Of a stretch of DNA of 64,000 nucleotides, positions 12,570-26,885 are shown piece by piece. The notes below the pieces were generated by a model. It was given only the letters and a program-made list of their open reading frames with translations, was not told the origin of the DNA and did not search any database. Both the position numbers and the translations under genes were made by a program. How positions within the stretch are numbered: position 1 is the first letter of the stretch; each line of letters starts with the position of its first letter. Source of the stretch: Octopus sinensis. Its lineage: Eukaryota. The stretch lies in the NCBI RefSeq assembly GCF_006345805.1, contig NC_042999.1, positions 119,474,001-119,538,000 on the forward strand, given 5' to 3'.

Positions 12570-14638
12570 AATGTGAAGGATGAATTTGGTGCTTGGTCAA
12601 GAGTTCTTCAATACTGAGCTTCATGGCGGTAAAGCATATTCTGCACAATAACCAAGCGATTTCTTGATTTGTTGAGAATCTGGGACACAACGCTGAAACC
12701 TCTTTCAACTAAATACGAGGTTGAGAAGGTAATAAAAACAACTTTGCCTTTTCCCACAATGCAAGAAATATTTCTGGAATAGTGTACTGCAGCAAAAATT
12801 CTTGGTAAGCATGCTATTTAAAAAAAGTTTCAATTATAAATCATTTCACAAGCCAATAGGTTCTCTCTCAATGGACCTGTCCATGTCGATATCTGTGATC
12901 TGAAAAGGGTTTAAGATCCAAAGTGGGATTTCCAGATCTGACAAATCCTGAAAAATGCAGTTTCATGTCAGCTTCGAAGCTCTTGAGATGTTCTGTGAAA
13001 AGAGAAGCATGTTATCAGATGAGCATTCTCCCAGTTCTCTAAGGCTTGGAAATTGACTGAAGACTTTGCATCTAATCAAGACTATTGAAAAGGTTGCAAG
13101 AAACAACGAAAATTTTAATAAATTAAAAATTAAAGAAAGTGGAAATTTTACCGGTGAGTGTGTCACATTATAAGGCACAAAAAGAAAATGACTCTCCCCA
13201 GACACAACAGAATTTGCATCCAATATTTCGCTGGTAAAAGGGCAGTTTCAGGATGAAACCAGAGACATTCTTTGTCATTTTCAGAACACAACTGTTTGAA
13301 AAGTCACGAATTCAATGGGTGAGCTTTGATTTTGTTTACATACAGAAGTGGCTGTGTGGTAAGTAGCTTGCTTACTAACCACATGGTCCCAGGTTCAGTC
13401 CCACTGCATGGCACCTTGGGCAAGTGTCTTCTAGTATAGCCTCAGGCCAATCAAGGCCTTGTGAGTGGATTTGGTAGACGGAAACTGGAAGAAACCCATC
13501 GTATATGTATATGTATGTGTGTATATATGTTTGTGTGTCTGTGTTTGTCCCCCCAACATTGCTTGACAACTGATGCTGGTGTGTTTACATCCCCATAACT
13601 TAGCAGTTCGGCAAAAAGAGACCAATAGAATAATTACTAGGCTTACAAAGAATAAGCTCTGGGGTCGATTTGCTTGACTAAAGGCGGTGCTACAGCATGG
13701 TTGCAGTCAAATGACTGAAACAAGTAAAAGAGTAAAAGAGTAAAGAGTTGTAATCAGAGAAGCATTTAGATGTGGAGTGATGTTTTTGGTGACTAAATGT
13801 TGTTGATTGATGATACAGTGAATGGCTATAACGTTCAGGACTGCTTGCTTGAGAAATCTGATGAAACCTCAGTACCACTCAACTATAGATGCAGCACAGT
13901 CTGTTACACATGCAAGAATATTTTTCATTGAGATTTGTTTCTGCTTCAAAAATTCATCCACAGTGTGAAATACAGATTGTCCTTTAGTATCAGTTTCCAT
14001 AGTGCAGGCAAACAGCAGTTCTTGGTATAGTTTCCCACCATGACGGAATCATACATAGGCCAAGAGCAGAGATTAGTTGTTGGGCATAGTTGATTCATAT
14101 AGTTGCAAGCTAAACTCCATGTTTTGTGAAATATTGCAAATATTTTCTTCAGTATTGCTGGCCTTTTCGTCAATTCATCTCTATACAGTATTATTCCTCA
14201 AAGTGATTGCTTTCAAAATTGGTTCAGGGTTTTCTTCAGTACAGTTGTCATAATTTCACAAATGACTGGAGTGATCAAAGTTTCCCTAGTTGTATGGACT
14301 TTGCCTGCCTTGGCAATAAGGAAAGCAATATTGTAAGAAGCGTGTAGGCCATCATCATTGTTATGTTCTGCCGTGGCAAACATGTCATGTAAAGTTTTGT
14401 TCTTGCCCTGTTTGTCATGCAAGTCTTTGAAATAGCTCATATTTTTATCAGCTTTATTGAGATGTAACTTCTTGAAATGTTCGCTCAGTCTTGAAAGCTT
14501 CATGGCTTCATTTGAGAATGTCTTCTCACATATCAGGCAAAATGACAATTACTCACTGTGAGGTGATGGAATAAAACTGTATTTCAAATATTCACCATTA
14601 TATTGCTGGAATTTCTTCTTTGCTCCTGCATCTGCCAT
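12570..14638 (-). pseudogene. hAT transposase pseudogene (BED finger, ZBED5/Buster-like)
   Basis: MADAGAKKKFQQYNGEYLKY..., CLICEKTFSNEAMK...H, ASYNIAFLIAKAGK, SLQL(Y)ES, ACVTDCAASIV, IHCIIHQQHL and TSYLVERGFS motifs. Many frameshifts and stops; SINE inserted at about 13347-13745. Confidence 0.88.
13347..13745 (+). mobile_element. tRNA-derived SINE, family B (CORE-like CACCTTGGGCAAGTGTC domain, internal (TA)/(TG) microsatellite)
   Basis: A box TGGCTGTGTGG, B box GGTTCAGTCCC, CORE-like segment. Further copies near 21672-21830, 25400-25775, 55955-56400, 59120-59490 (+) and 26900-28780, 37225-37500, 38395-38550, 57225-57990 (-). Confidence 0.85.
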
Positions 14639-16493
14639 TGTTGAAGCCTACATAAAATAGAGAAGCTTTTAAAGAAAGTGTAAAGAAGTGAAAGAGAATA
14701 AGAAAGAGACTTTACTAGTTTAGTGAAACTGGAGAGACTGGAAAAAGTACTGTTGTAAGAGGGAAAATGAGATATGGCTCACCTACCTTTTTGTGGTGAT
14801 GACTGTCCAGCTGTACTTAATCAAGACTTGCAGCCTACCTGTTGCACCTAAATTGGCAACTGCTGCAGCCAGCCCCCACTAGCTTGCTCACACATGTCTG
14901 TTCATGGTAAAAGCTCAAGCTGAAAAAAGGACAACCCTGGTCAATGCTTCCTACACTTCATGTTGAATGAAGTGTGGGAATAGTTGAATGAGTGGTCAGC
15001 ATTCTAGTGAGTGAGCAAATTAATCAGAAAGCATATATAACAGGAGACTGAGTCGTAGTAATTTCAACAATTATTAACATTTTATTACAAATGTGTTCAA
15101 GGCAGAAGATTGAATTGATGTTTAAAACAGTGATGCAAAATGGAGTTTTCAGGTGTCCATTCATGACGTGAATGAGTGCATATAATATTCATGGCTTGGA
15201 AGGTACAAAGGAGGGTGTCTTCAAAAATACATGTAAAGACTTACTGACATTTTTATGATTGTTCCATAAAAGCCGGCATCGGCGAAATGTTAAGACTGAT
15301 GAAATACCACTGCCTGGTATGCTAATGATTCTGCCAGCTTGTCATCTTAGTTTCATAATGATAATAATAGTTTCTTATTCAGGGACAAGGCCAACAATTC
15401 TGAGAAGACAGGGTTCATTGTTTCTATCAATGGTAGTACTTAATTGATACTTTATTTTATCAACCCTGAAATGAAAAAAAAAAAAGAAAAAATTAAATGT
15501 GAACTTGGTCTCAGCAGGATTTGAACTTGGAATGTAAAGAGCCATAACATATTTTATATTTCCTACATTTTACAAACATTTTTGACTACATATTTATTTT
15601 TTATTTTTTGACCTCCTACCAACTTGTCCAAATCAGCCAAGCTGTCAAAGGGCTTAATCTGATTTTTTATGCAATTTCTGAAAAAAATTCTTTGTAATCT
15701 TTACTTATTGTAATTGATAAAAAAATATTCGATATAAATTGGATTAATAAATTTATTTATTTATTATTTATTTATATTCTACAAGGCATTTTCTCCAATA
15801 TTCTAAGTTTTCTGCCAGTTTGCAACCATTTATCAAACAATGGTTTCTAATTTAAACACAAAACCAGCAATTTTTACAGTAGGTGAAGTTAATCAATACC
15901 ATCATATTCACTGGTGTTTTATTGACCTCAAAGGGATGAAAGGCACAGTTTACTCCAATGGGATTTGAACTCAGGATTTCTCTGATGCTTTCATGAGTCA
16001 TCCAACTTGCTGAATTTTGCATATTAGTGTTAATAATAATGGTTTCATATTTTGGAACAAGGCCAGTAGTTTTTGAGTTGGTGGGAGGATCCAGCACACA
16101 ATTAGTACTTATTTTATTAATCTGGAAAGATTAAAGCCAAAGTTGACTTTGGTGGGATTTAAGCTCACAACATAAAAGACAGGCGAAATGTCACAAAGCT
16201 CTTTGCTGGCATGGTAGTGCTTCTGCTAGCTTGCTGCCTTGAATAATCCTGATAATGCTAATCCTCTCAACTGTAGGCACAAGGTGTGAAATTTGGGCAG
16301 AGGGGACTAGTTAATTACTTCAACTCCAGGGTTCAACTGGCATTTATTTCATTGACCCCAAAAGGATGAAAGGCATATTGGACTTCAACAAAATTTGAAC
16401 TCAGAACATAAAGACAAATGAAATGTCACTAAGCATTTTGTCCAGCATTCTAACAATTTTGCCAGCTCCCCCACCTTAATAATAATAACAATA

Positions 16494-16525
<32 letters not shown>

Positions 16526-17773
16526 GATAATATTTATCCTTTCTACTGGAAGCACAAGGCCTCAAATTTGGGGGAAGGAATAAGTCGATTACATTGACCC
16601 CAGTGTGTAACTGGTACTAAATTTATTGACCCCGAAAGGATGAAAGGCAAAGTTAACTCTGGTGGCATTTGAACTCAGAACATGAAGACAGACGAAATAC
16701 CACTAAGCATTTCACCTGGTGTGCTAACAATTCTGCCACCTCGCCACCCTAATAATAATGATGACAATAATAATAATAACCCTTTCTACTATTATAAGCA
16801 CAAAGCCTGAAATTTGGCGGGAGGGGGCTAGTCAATTACATCACCCCAGTACTCAACTGGTACTTATTTCATCGACTCTGAAAGGATAAAAGGCAAAGTT
16901 GATCTCAGCAAAACTTGAACTCAGAATGCAAAGACAGGTAAAATGCTGCTAAGCATTTTGTTCAGGGTGCCAACGATTTTGCCATTTCAAGTGCATGACC
17001 AGATTCTTTTTAGGAGGATGACATCATCAATTATATCAACTCTAGTATTTGACTGCTACTTTATCTTATTTACCTTAGAAGGCTGAATGGCAAAGTTAAT
17101 CTCATCAGGGTTTGAAATGATATGCAAAGGGACATAACTAAGAACTTACTAACTTTTGACAGTCAAATCTTTTAATAATAATAACGAGCAAAACGCCCCT
17201 CATCCAATGGACGGTGCTGAGTTGTCAAACATTTAAACCAAATTTTCTCAAAACAACTTGTCCGACTGTCCCATAGGCCTCCCCTTTGAGAAACACTGAT
17301 TTAATCTAAATTTGAGACACCAGCAAAAGACGAATTTCGACTGAAGTACTTGCACATACAAATGCACATTCCCACAGCTTTATCGTTTGCATTCTCACCT
17401 GGAATCAGTTTTTGTAATTTTTTTCAAGACTTATACACGCCCTCATGCCGTCAGTATCTACATATCAAATTTGAGTGCAATCAGATGGAAGATGCCCAAG
17501 ATTCTAGAAGACACACACACAGACAGAACAGATTTTATATAGTAGATAATTCTTTCTACTGGAGGCACAAGGCCTCAAATTTGTTGGGTGGGGACTAGTT
17601 GACTATATCAACCCCAGTGTTTCACTGGTACTTAATTTATTGACTCCCAAAAGGATGAAAGGCAAAGTCGACCTTGGCGGAATTTGAACTCAGAACGCTG
17701 CAACAGGCGAAATACCACTAAGCATTTCATCCAGTGCATTAATGATTCTGCCAGCTCACTGCCTTTCTAATAA

Positions 17774-17815
<42 letters not shown>

Positions 17816-18619
17816 TGTTTCTAAGGTGGCAAGCTGACAGAATTGTTTGCATGCTGGGTGAAATGGTTAGCAGCATTTATCTATCTTTATGCTCTGAGTT
17901 CAAATTCAACTGAGGTCAACTTTGCTGTTCATCCTTTTGGGGACCAATAAAATAAGTACCAGTTGAGCACAGGGGTTGATATAATCAGCTTTTTATTATT
18001 AGTTTCAAATTTTGGCACAAGGCCAGCAATTTTGGAGGCTGGGGTAGGTTGATTACGCTGACCCCAGTGCTGAACTGGTACTTATTTTATTGAGGAAATG
18101 CTGCCAAGCATTTTGTCCATCATGCTAACGATTCTGCCTGCTTGCAAACTTAATCTCCCTTTTAATAATAATGGCAATTCTTTTTAATTTAGACACAAAA
18201 CCATCAGTTTTGAGGTAGGTGGGTGGTGTTAGTCAATATCATCAATCTCAATATTTGACTGGTTATTTATTTTATCAAACCTGGAGGGATTAAGAGCAAA
18301 GTTGACCTTGGCAGGATTTGAACTCAAATTGTAAAGAGCCAAAATAAACATTGCTCATGATGCTTTTCAATGCTCTAACAATTCTGTCAATCTTCTACTC
18401 GTGTAATAGTTACTTGCCTCATGAGCACAAGGGCAGAAATTTTGATGGAAAGGATCAAATGATTACATCAACCCAAATATCCAGCTGGTATTTTATTTTA
18501 TTGATGCCAAATGTAAGATGTATGAAAGATAATGACAATGCCAGTGTGATTTGAATTCAGAAGATAAAAGAGTTATATCCAAACACTGCAAGGCATTTTG
18601 TCTAATGATTCTGCAAAAT

Positions 18620-18631
18620 CCATTAATAATC

Positions 18632-18677
<46 letters not shown>

Positions 18678-19540
18678 TAATAATAATAATGAGGATGAAG
18701 ATGATGATGATGATAATGATGATGATGACGATGATGATGATGTTGATGATACTAGTAATAATATTAATTATTATTATAATTTCTTAAAAAAGACATTATT
18801 TTCTTTATTAGGGTGATGGAAGAGATAGAAAAAGGGGACATTAACAATAATAATAATGATGATGATGATGATGATGTGGTGGTGGTGGTGGTGGTGGTGG
18901 TGATGGTCATAGTGGTGAGTATGATGATGACGATGATAGTGGTGGTGGGGCTGGTGGTGATGGTGACGATGATGATGACGACAAGAAGGAAAACAACAAC
19001 TACACCCCATTTCATCATTATTGCTGCAAGGGTGAGAGATGAGGCGAGATACAACCAAGAACAACAACAGCAAAATAAACATCATTATCAACGACAACAA
19101 CAACAACAACGGCAGCAACCCCCAACAACGGCAATAATGCCAATGATGCCAACATTGATGATAAAGGCGTTGATGATGATAATGATGTTAGGGATGACAA
19201 TGACAACGAGAGAAACAAGCAGTTGTGGCTTAATTATCACAGTCTCTTTACCAATCATGCCAACCTGAATGTGATTTGAACAATAAAGCATTCACTTTTC
19301 ATTTTCTCTGCTACCCCTTTACAGCATTTTATTGAAAAACTTTGCTTTTTCCTCTTCATACAAATATCCCTTTAGTGCTATCACAAATATAATATGGCTT
19401 TGATCCTTTTGTTTCATCTATGCACCATTTTTATGTCATGAGTATGTAATATATACATACATATGCATATATATATATGTATATATATATGTATATATAT
19501 ATATATATATATATAATAAATCTCTGAGCGCTATATATAA

Positions 19541-19585
<45 letters not shown>

Positions 19586-20044
19586 CATACATACATACAC
19601 ACACATATACATATACATATATATATATATATATATATATTCATATATATATATACATATTTACATATATATATATAATATGGATGTATATGGGCAATAT
19701 GTAAATATATTAACAGATATAAGCATGTACCCTGGTATCTGTATATGTATCGATATGTATATTTATATTTAGCACATATGTGCATTCATATACACATATA
19801 TAAACATATACTTAATTATATATATATGTGTGTTTGTGTATATATATATCTATATATACATGCATACCTATATATATGCTCACATGTTTCACATGCACAC
19901 ACACATACACACACATGCACATATACATAAAACTATATAAAACAGACATGTACACACATAGGTAAATATCTTCCTACATGTTTGCATATATATGTATATG
20001 TGTGTGTGTGTGTGAGTTTATATGTATATATGTATGTATGAATG

Positions 20045-20107
<63 letters not shown>

Positions 20108-20110
20108 ATT
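18620..20110. repeat. (AAT)/(GAT)/(GGT)/(CAA) then (TA)/(CA) microsatellite field
   Basis: Direct sequence. Confidence 0.93.
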
Positions 20111-21391
20111 TATCCATCTATCTATTGATTAATCTATCAGTTTTCTATCAACCACTTTCTTTCTTTTTTCTTTCTGTCTTTCTCTCTCTATATATATATA
20201 CACAAGAGCACACACACAGAGGCAAACATACATACAGACACACAAACATATATGGAGAAAATGTGTCAGATTTATATACACCTGTATGCATGTTGGCTTG
20301 TATTTATATATGTGTTTATATGCAGTTATGTGTGTGTGTAACATGTATGTGTATATGGAGGTATAGGCTAGTGTAATTTTTACACGTCTAATTTTTTTCC
20401 TGTCACTTTTATCTTTTTCTCCTACACACACTGGCATGCACAACACACGCACACCCATTCACACACACACGCATACACTACACATGCACACTCACTCATA
20501 CACACACAAACACACACACACAACCTATAAAAATGACACAGCTTATAATTTCCGAAATATACATAACAGAAAGGAAAATTTTTTAAAAAGATGAAGGGAA
20601 GAAAAAAACCTATGTAGAAAAGAAAAATCATCAAAAAAAAAGAAAAACAAAACCTAATACTTATGATGATAAAAAAAATTAAAAATGTAGAAAAAAATTC
20701 ATAACCCATTCTTTGATCTTGGCTTACTTCTGTACAGAAGAATGTCCCTGCAGTAGAATATGATAACAAGGTTGAATCAATGCTAACAGGAGGTTACACT
20801 AATTTATAATATAGAAAAATAACACACATTTCACAGCAACGCAACCTTTGATCCATCAAGTCCTTGTTAGCAAAAATTCCCTGGTTTCTCTAAGCAAACA
20901 ATTATATATATATATATATATATAGAAAAAAAGATATATATATAAGCACGACATGCCTAGGGTAATACAATTCTGTTTAGGTGGTTAGTATGAAGTATCA
21001 GATAGGAATGATAATATTTTATAAGTGATGAGAATAAATGCATATTCAATAATCTGTTTACAGAACTTATGCATACACAGAAAATTGCACACATGTGTAT
21101 ACATTAAACCACAATATAGTGACCAACATGCTTAGCGTAGGTTTGACTTTTACTATTCAATCAGTGTCTGGCTTGCTGTCCTAAGATTTGGTTCCTAACA
21201 CATCTGTTTTCGTTTTCAAAGACAGAAGGGAATTTTCAGAAGAAAGGAGAAAAAATTTGTCTGCTACATTAAGCAGGTGAAGAAACTTCATAAGACCTCC
21301 TTTGATCATTTAACATGACATACATAAATTTCCTGTTTTCTTTTAAATTGTATATAGGTAGTCTCACAATGTGATATATATTTTGAACTTA

Positions 21392-21448
<57 letters not shown>

Positions 21449-21833
21449 ATGTATAGACGCATGAGTAATGGTTTCATAACAAAGATAATATAAACTATAT
21501 ATGTATATCCATATATACAAGTAAGGCTATAACATAATACTTACAAGTGTGTTTGCATTTGCCATTTGTATGTGTATACGTGTATAGCTCTCTCTTTTTC
21601 TTTCGTTCTCTAGGTATACATACATACATATATACATATACATACACACACACACACACATATAGGTGAAGGAGTGGCTGTGTGGTAAGTAGCTTGCTTA
21701 CCAACCACATAGTTCTGGGTTCAGTCCCACTGCATGACACCATGGGCAGGTGTCTTCTACTATAGCCTCGGGCTGACCAAAGCCTTGAGAGTGGATTTGG
21801 TAGACGGAAACTGAAAGAAGCCCATCATATATA

Positions 21834-21906
<73 letters not shown>

Positions 21907-22035
21907 GTGTGTGTGTGTGTGTGTATATCTTTGTGTATATGTGTGTATGTGTGTGTATATATATACAAAAAAGATATACATATAGACATACATATATGCA
22001 CTCATAGATAATACACAAAATACACAGACATGCAT

Positions 22036-22090
<55 letters not shown>

Positions 22091-22503
22091 CACATGTACG
22101 TGTATGTATAAATATCAAAGGTGAGAGAAAGTTATAAAAGAAAAATATTTTGCTGCATAGTGGGTGTAGTTGTAGTTGCGAGAAGAAGAAAATGTGGAAA
22201 GAAAAAGCATGCTACAATATAAGCAAAAAGCACCCTAATGTTCCTTGCTGGATGCCAGTGAAAGGAACGATAAATCAGTAGTTGCTGAAGTGATTGTCAT
22301 CTCCACTCAATTACTCAATAACATAATGCTTCTCAGTGAGTGTAAGATGTGCACAATATGCGTTTGTGTGAGCGTGTGTGTGTGTATGTGTGTGTGTATA
22401 TATATATATATACACACACACACATACACATGCATATACACACTCACCATATATATACATAAATATCATCATCATCGTCCGTTTTCCATGCTAGCATGGG
22501 TTG

Positions 22504-22542
<39 letters not shown>

Positions 22543-22624
22543 CACACACACACCACACACACACATATATATATATATATGCATATACATATATATGAAT
22601 ATATAAATAAACATACATGTATTT

Positions 22625-22655
<31 letters not shown>

Positions 22656-23479
22656 CACACATACATAGACATATATGCACATATATGTATTTATATATAC
22701 ATATACAGGCATGTATAGTATATATATCTTTAATCTTGCTGATGCAGATGCAGATTTCCACCAGTTTACTTGGGTTTTCTTTTTTATCCCTCATATAGAT
22801 ATGTGTGTATGTGTGTGTGCCTGTGTGTGTTATGTATGCATATATGATAAAACAGACTCGAGAGAGTATGTGTCTGTGTATATCTATAGGTGTGTATGTA
22901 TGTACTTTTTGGAGTTATTTAAAATTATTTCCTTGCAGAATTTAAACCAGTCATTAACAAAAGAGCAGAGCTTGGCTCATTTATTAAATCAAGATTGCAC
23001 TTAGGGTTTGTGGTTACCTGAATTTGCACTTATATGCATGTATGTTTGTGTACATATTGAGTATTTTTGTGTGTATGTCGATAAACCTGCACTCATGATT
23101 GTATATATCACAAGAAAACACAATTATGTATGCTTTATTACTGTTTGTGTGTGAGTGTGTGAATGTGTGTAAGTGTGTATTGTGTGCATATATATATATA
23201 TATATAATATATATATATATATATACAGTTGAAACACTCCTGTCACAACCTGAGACCTTGAAGACTGCTATAATGCAAGAAAGTATACTAGTCCCTTAAT
23301 ATTTTATATTTTATATTCAATATTTCATCTATTCAATAAGACAATCAATGGTTCATTTCATTTTACTATATACATATTATTTATACTATATATTCTATAT
23401 TCTACATTAATATTATAAAGAATATAAATAAAGCATAAAAATACAGAGTTGGAATTTCTTTGAATAATATATATCCCTT

Positions 23480-23514
<35 letters not shown>

Positions 23515-24005
23515 ATTATGTATCTGTGATTGTGTGCATATTTTCACCCAGGCACCTCATATTGAGAATCCCTGAAACATTTCACAAATTTTATGTTTCC
23601 CAGTTTGATTGTATCCAAAAGTACAAATCAGACGGTTCTGTTCTAGTTTTTTTGGAGAACCCAAGCATTCCTAAGTTTCTGTGATACTTGGAATTGCCAA
23701 AATGTTGTAGAAAATTGATTGCATCCATTTTGTTTGCAGGGTCTGATTTGTTTTAAATTTTCTTCACTGATTTAGTTTTGCATGCTAATTATCAAAATCA
23801 TGTTATCTTTTTAAAAAAACAATTTGATAATAAAGAAGTTTGAAACCCTTAGTGTTTGATATTTTGGCTAATTTTATCCTGTCAGACACCTCTGTTATTG
23901 ACATACCAGAAATTGCACTTGTAATGATATTCTTGTTTCAAATGAGTCTTTCACAACAGCAGTTCTCCGTTCCTCTATTTCTAGGTCAATGAAGTAACTA
24001 CTAAG

Positions 24006-24259
24006 TGGAGGCATATGGTTTAGTGGTTAGGGTGTCAGCATCATGATCATAAGGTTGTAGTTTCAATTCCTGGACCGGGCGACACGTTGTGTTCTTGAGC
24101 AAAACACTTCATTTCACATGGCTCTGGTTCACTCAGCTGGCAAAAATGAGTAACGCTGCAATGGACTGGTGTCCCATCCAGCTGGAAAACACATACGCCA
24201 TGGAAACCAGGAAAGTAGGCCCATGAGCCTGGCTAAGCTTTAAAAGGGCGCAAAAAAAA
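24006..24259 (+). mobile_element. tRNA-derived SINE, family C, with poly(A) end
   Basis: TGGTTTAGTGGTTAGG A box, GTTTCAATTCC B box-like segment, TGTGTTCTTGAGCAAAACACTTC core, ATGGACTGGTGTCCCATCCAG segment, terminal A9. Related decayed copies near 41850-41935 (+), 56560-56670 and 57060-57200 (-). Confidence 0.7.
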
Positions 24260-26689
24260 AGTAACTACCAAACACTGTTTTGTAAAAGAATTTAGCATGA
24301 ATCTGGCATAACTGTTAATTATAACAACTATGGTCATGAAATATGGGTGGAGGACCTACTTTGCTGCTCAGTAAAAATAGATAATCATGGAACAATTGTT
24401 GGAATTGAAGAAATGATGTCCTCAAATCAAGTATAATTGAAGAGAGCAGCCAAATGTTTTGGACAAGTTTTGTATATGCCACACCTTGTCAGAACATATG
24501 TATTTAACTAAATTTTTCTCCTAGCTAAAAATATTCTTGGATTAAAGTTCCACACATAAATAACTACAAACTTCTGCATGAGCACATTGATTATGTTTTA
24601 TTGGTAAGTACACAATAGAGTTTTCATAATACTCTTCCAAGTATTCTCAGTTCCTTGTCACATACTGTCTGTGTATGGTGTTACAATGTTAAGGTGATTT
24701 AACATAGATATTTTCTACTTAAAATTCACTCTGGACACAATTCACTTCCCTCCAGTCTGCTGATGACAGAAGGCGGCAAGCTGGCAGAAACGTTAGCATG
24801 CCGGGCGAAATGTGTAGCCGTATTTCGTCTGCTGTTATGTTCTGAGCTCAAATTCCACTGAGGTTGACTTTGCTTTTTATCCTTTCGAGGTTGATAAATT
24901 AAGTACCAGTTACACACTGGGTTTGATATAATCGACTTAATCCCTTTGTCTGTCCTTGTTTGTCCCCTCTATGTTTAACCCCTTATGGACAATAAAGAAA
25001 TAAGAAGCAGTATATTCTTTGTGAATAAGATTGGCTTTTGCTGGTTTATGTATGACAGGTATGGGGAATCTTTTCTGAGATGTGGACTGCAATAGCTATG
25101 GCTCATCATCAAGCAGACCACAGAACTAAAAAAAATTCATCATAATTTTTCATTAGGGATGCCATTCAGAAAACCGCACAAGCCACAGTTTACTCATGAC
25201 TGCTCTGCTCTACAAGATGAACATGAAACTTGACATTTGTTAATGTTATAGGTAAACCCATTGTAGTCACTCCATTTCGTTAGTTTATTATAATGTTAGA
25301 ATTGGCTGATTTAGTCCAGTCTATGTAATATGGTGCAGGAGTTGTAATGGAACTGGTGGAGATTTATGGGGCATTTTGATTTTATCAACATAGGTGTAGG
25401 AGTGGCTGTGTGGTAAGTAGCTTCCTTACCAGCCACATGGTCACGGGTTCAGTCCCACTGCGTGGCACCTTGGGCAAGTGTCTTCTATTATAGCTTCGGG
25501 CCGACCAAAGCCTTGTGAGTGGACGGAAACTGAAAGAAGCCTGTCGTATATATGTATACATATATGTGCATGTGTGTGTGTCTGTGTTTGTCTCCCCAAC
25601 ATCGTTTGACAACTGATGCTGGTGTGTTTACGTCCCCATAACTTAGCGGTTCAGCAAAAAAGACCGATAGAATAAGTACTAGGCTTAAAAAGAATAAATC
25701 CTGGGGTTGATTTTCTCAACTAAAGACGGTGCTCCAGCATGGCCACAGTCAAATGACTGAAACAAATAAAAGAGTATATATATCACTTGAAATATTTACA
25801 GAATCAGAAACAGTTAGGCTTTATAGAGGCTTGCAGTTTTTTTGGCAGTATCCTCATTGTCACTGTCAACAAAGCTGTTCATGGTAATAGGTGTGTTGCT
25901 TATAGAAATATCACTTTTATTATTATCATTTCCTTCTTTATCAGAAAGCTACAGGACTGAATGCTTTTTGTTTTAAAGCACTTAGTGCCTGTTGTGATTT
26001 TCTGATACTATTATAAAAGACACAATCTTATTGACATAAACAGTCTTAATGTGTTCTTCTTTGTAATCAGTATCTGTTTGCTTGCCATATTCTGATGCAT
26101 TGTTGATAAAACTGTTAGCATATTTTTACATAATGAGATTTAGTGTTCATAATTTGAATTTGGATTCATTTAGCAATAACAGAATATGCATTGTGAAATG
26201 TGACCCATATAGTGCTTTTTGACATTATTATAAATAGACTTGAGTAAGTGAGATTGGCTCACATTACAGAAATTTGCACATTATTACACCAAAATTCAAT
26301 ATTGAAAGAGTGAAAGCTCTGGGATTTTTTTATAATGTAAAAAAAAAAATGGATGGAAGGCACTGCATGAATTTTATTTTAGTTAGTGAGTGATTGTGTG
26401 GATCAGATCCTCATCATATTCTCTTCTGATAGCTTAGTCTCACAGCAGAAGGGTATTGCAACAATGGGAGGTGATTTAAGCATTCCCTTCATCTGTCAAT
26501 ATTTGGAAAACTGCCAAGATAAGCTATGATTATTATCTCATATCCAAGTTTTATTCTGTGATGAAGTTGGTACTGTGTTGGAAGAAAAAGCTTTTGCAAC
26601 AAATGACTTTTCCCCTGGAGTGGGAGAAGCAGTAAACAGAGAGAGGCCTTGTATACTACATCACCTGCTGAAAGATATTAGCTCACCAG

Positions 26690-26885
26690 TGCACTTAAGC
26701 CTTTTTTTAATGAATGTAAACAGAATCTCAGAGTGGTTGGCATTAGGAGGGGCATCCAGCCATAGAAAACCATGCCAAATCAGACTGCAGTCTGGTGCAG
26801 CCTTCCTGCGAGCTAGCCTGGTCAAACTGTCTAACCCATGGCAGCATGGACAATGGATGTTAAATAATGATGACGATGATGATGT
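26690..26885 (+). mobile_element. RTE-type 3' end fragment with (GAT)n tail
   Basis: Homologous to the 3' end of the 3640-5348 element (TGGCATTAGGAGGGGCATCCAGC...CCATGGCAGCATGGAC). Similar fragments at about 30925-31170 (+) and 54755-54960 (-). Confidence 0.75.

Larger units (their letters stand above)
12349..17298 (-). mobile_element. Decayed hAT (Buster/Charlie-like) DNA transposon, heavily invaded by SINEs; outer limits tentative
   Basis: CAGTGGTTCCCAAAC at 12349 and CAGTGTTTCTCAAAG (reverse complement, ending 17298) resemble Charlie-type TIRs and bracket the transposase relic. No matching 8-bp TSD seen. Confidence 0.6.

Noticed and set aside
17399-17505. Exon-like segment with strong minus-strand splice signals
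   Set aside because: Stops in all three frames; looks like a dispersed repeat fragment.
23229-23282. Possible third plus-strand exon (ETLLSQPETLKTAIMQE)
   Set aside because: The acceptor is a (TA)n microsatellite and the donor is weak; TA-CAGT could equally be a transposon end.
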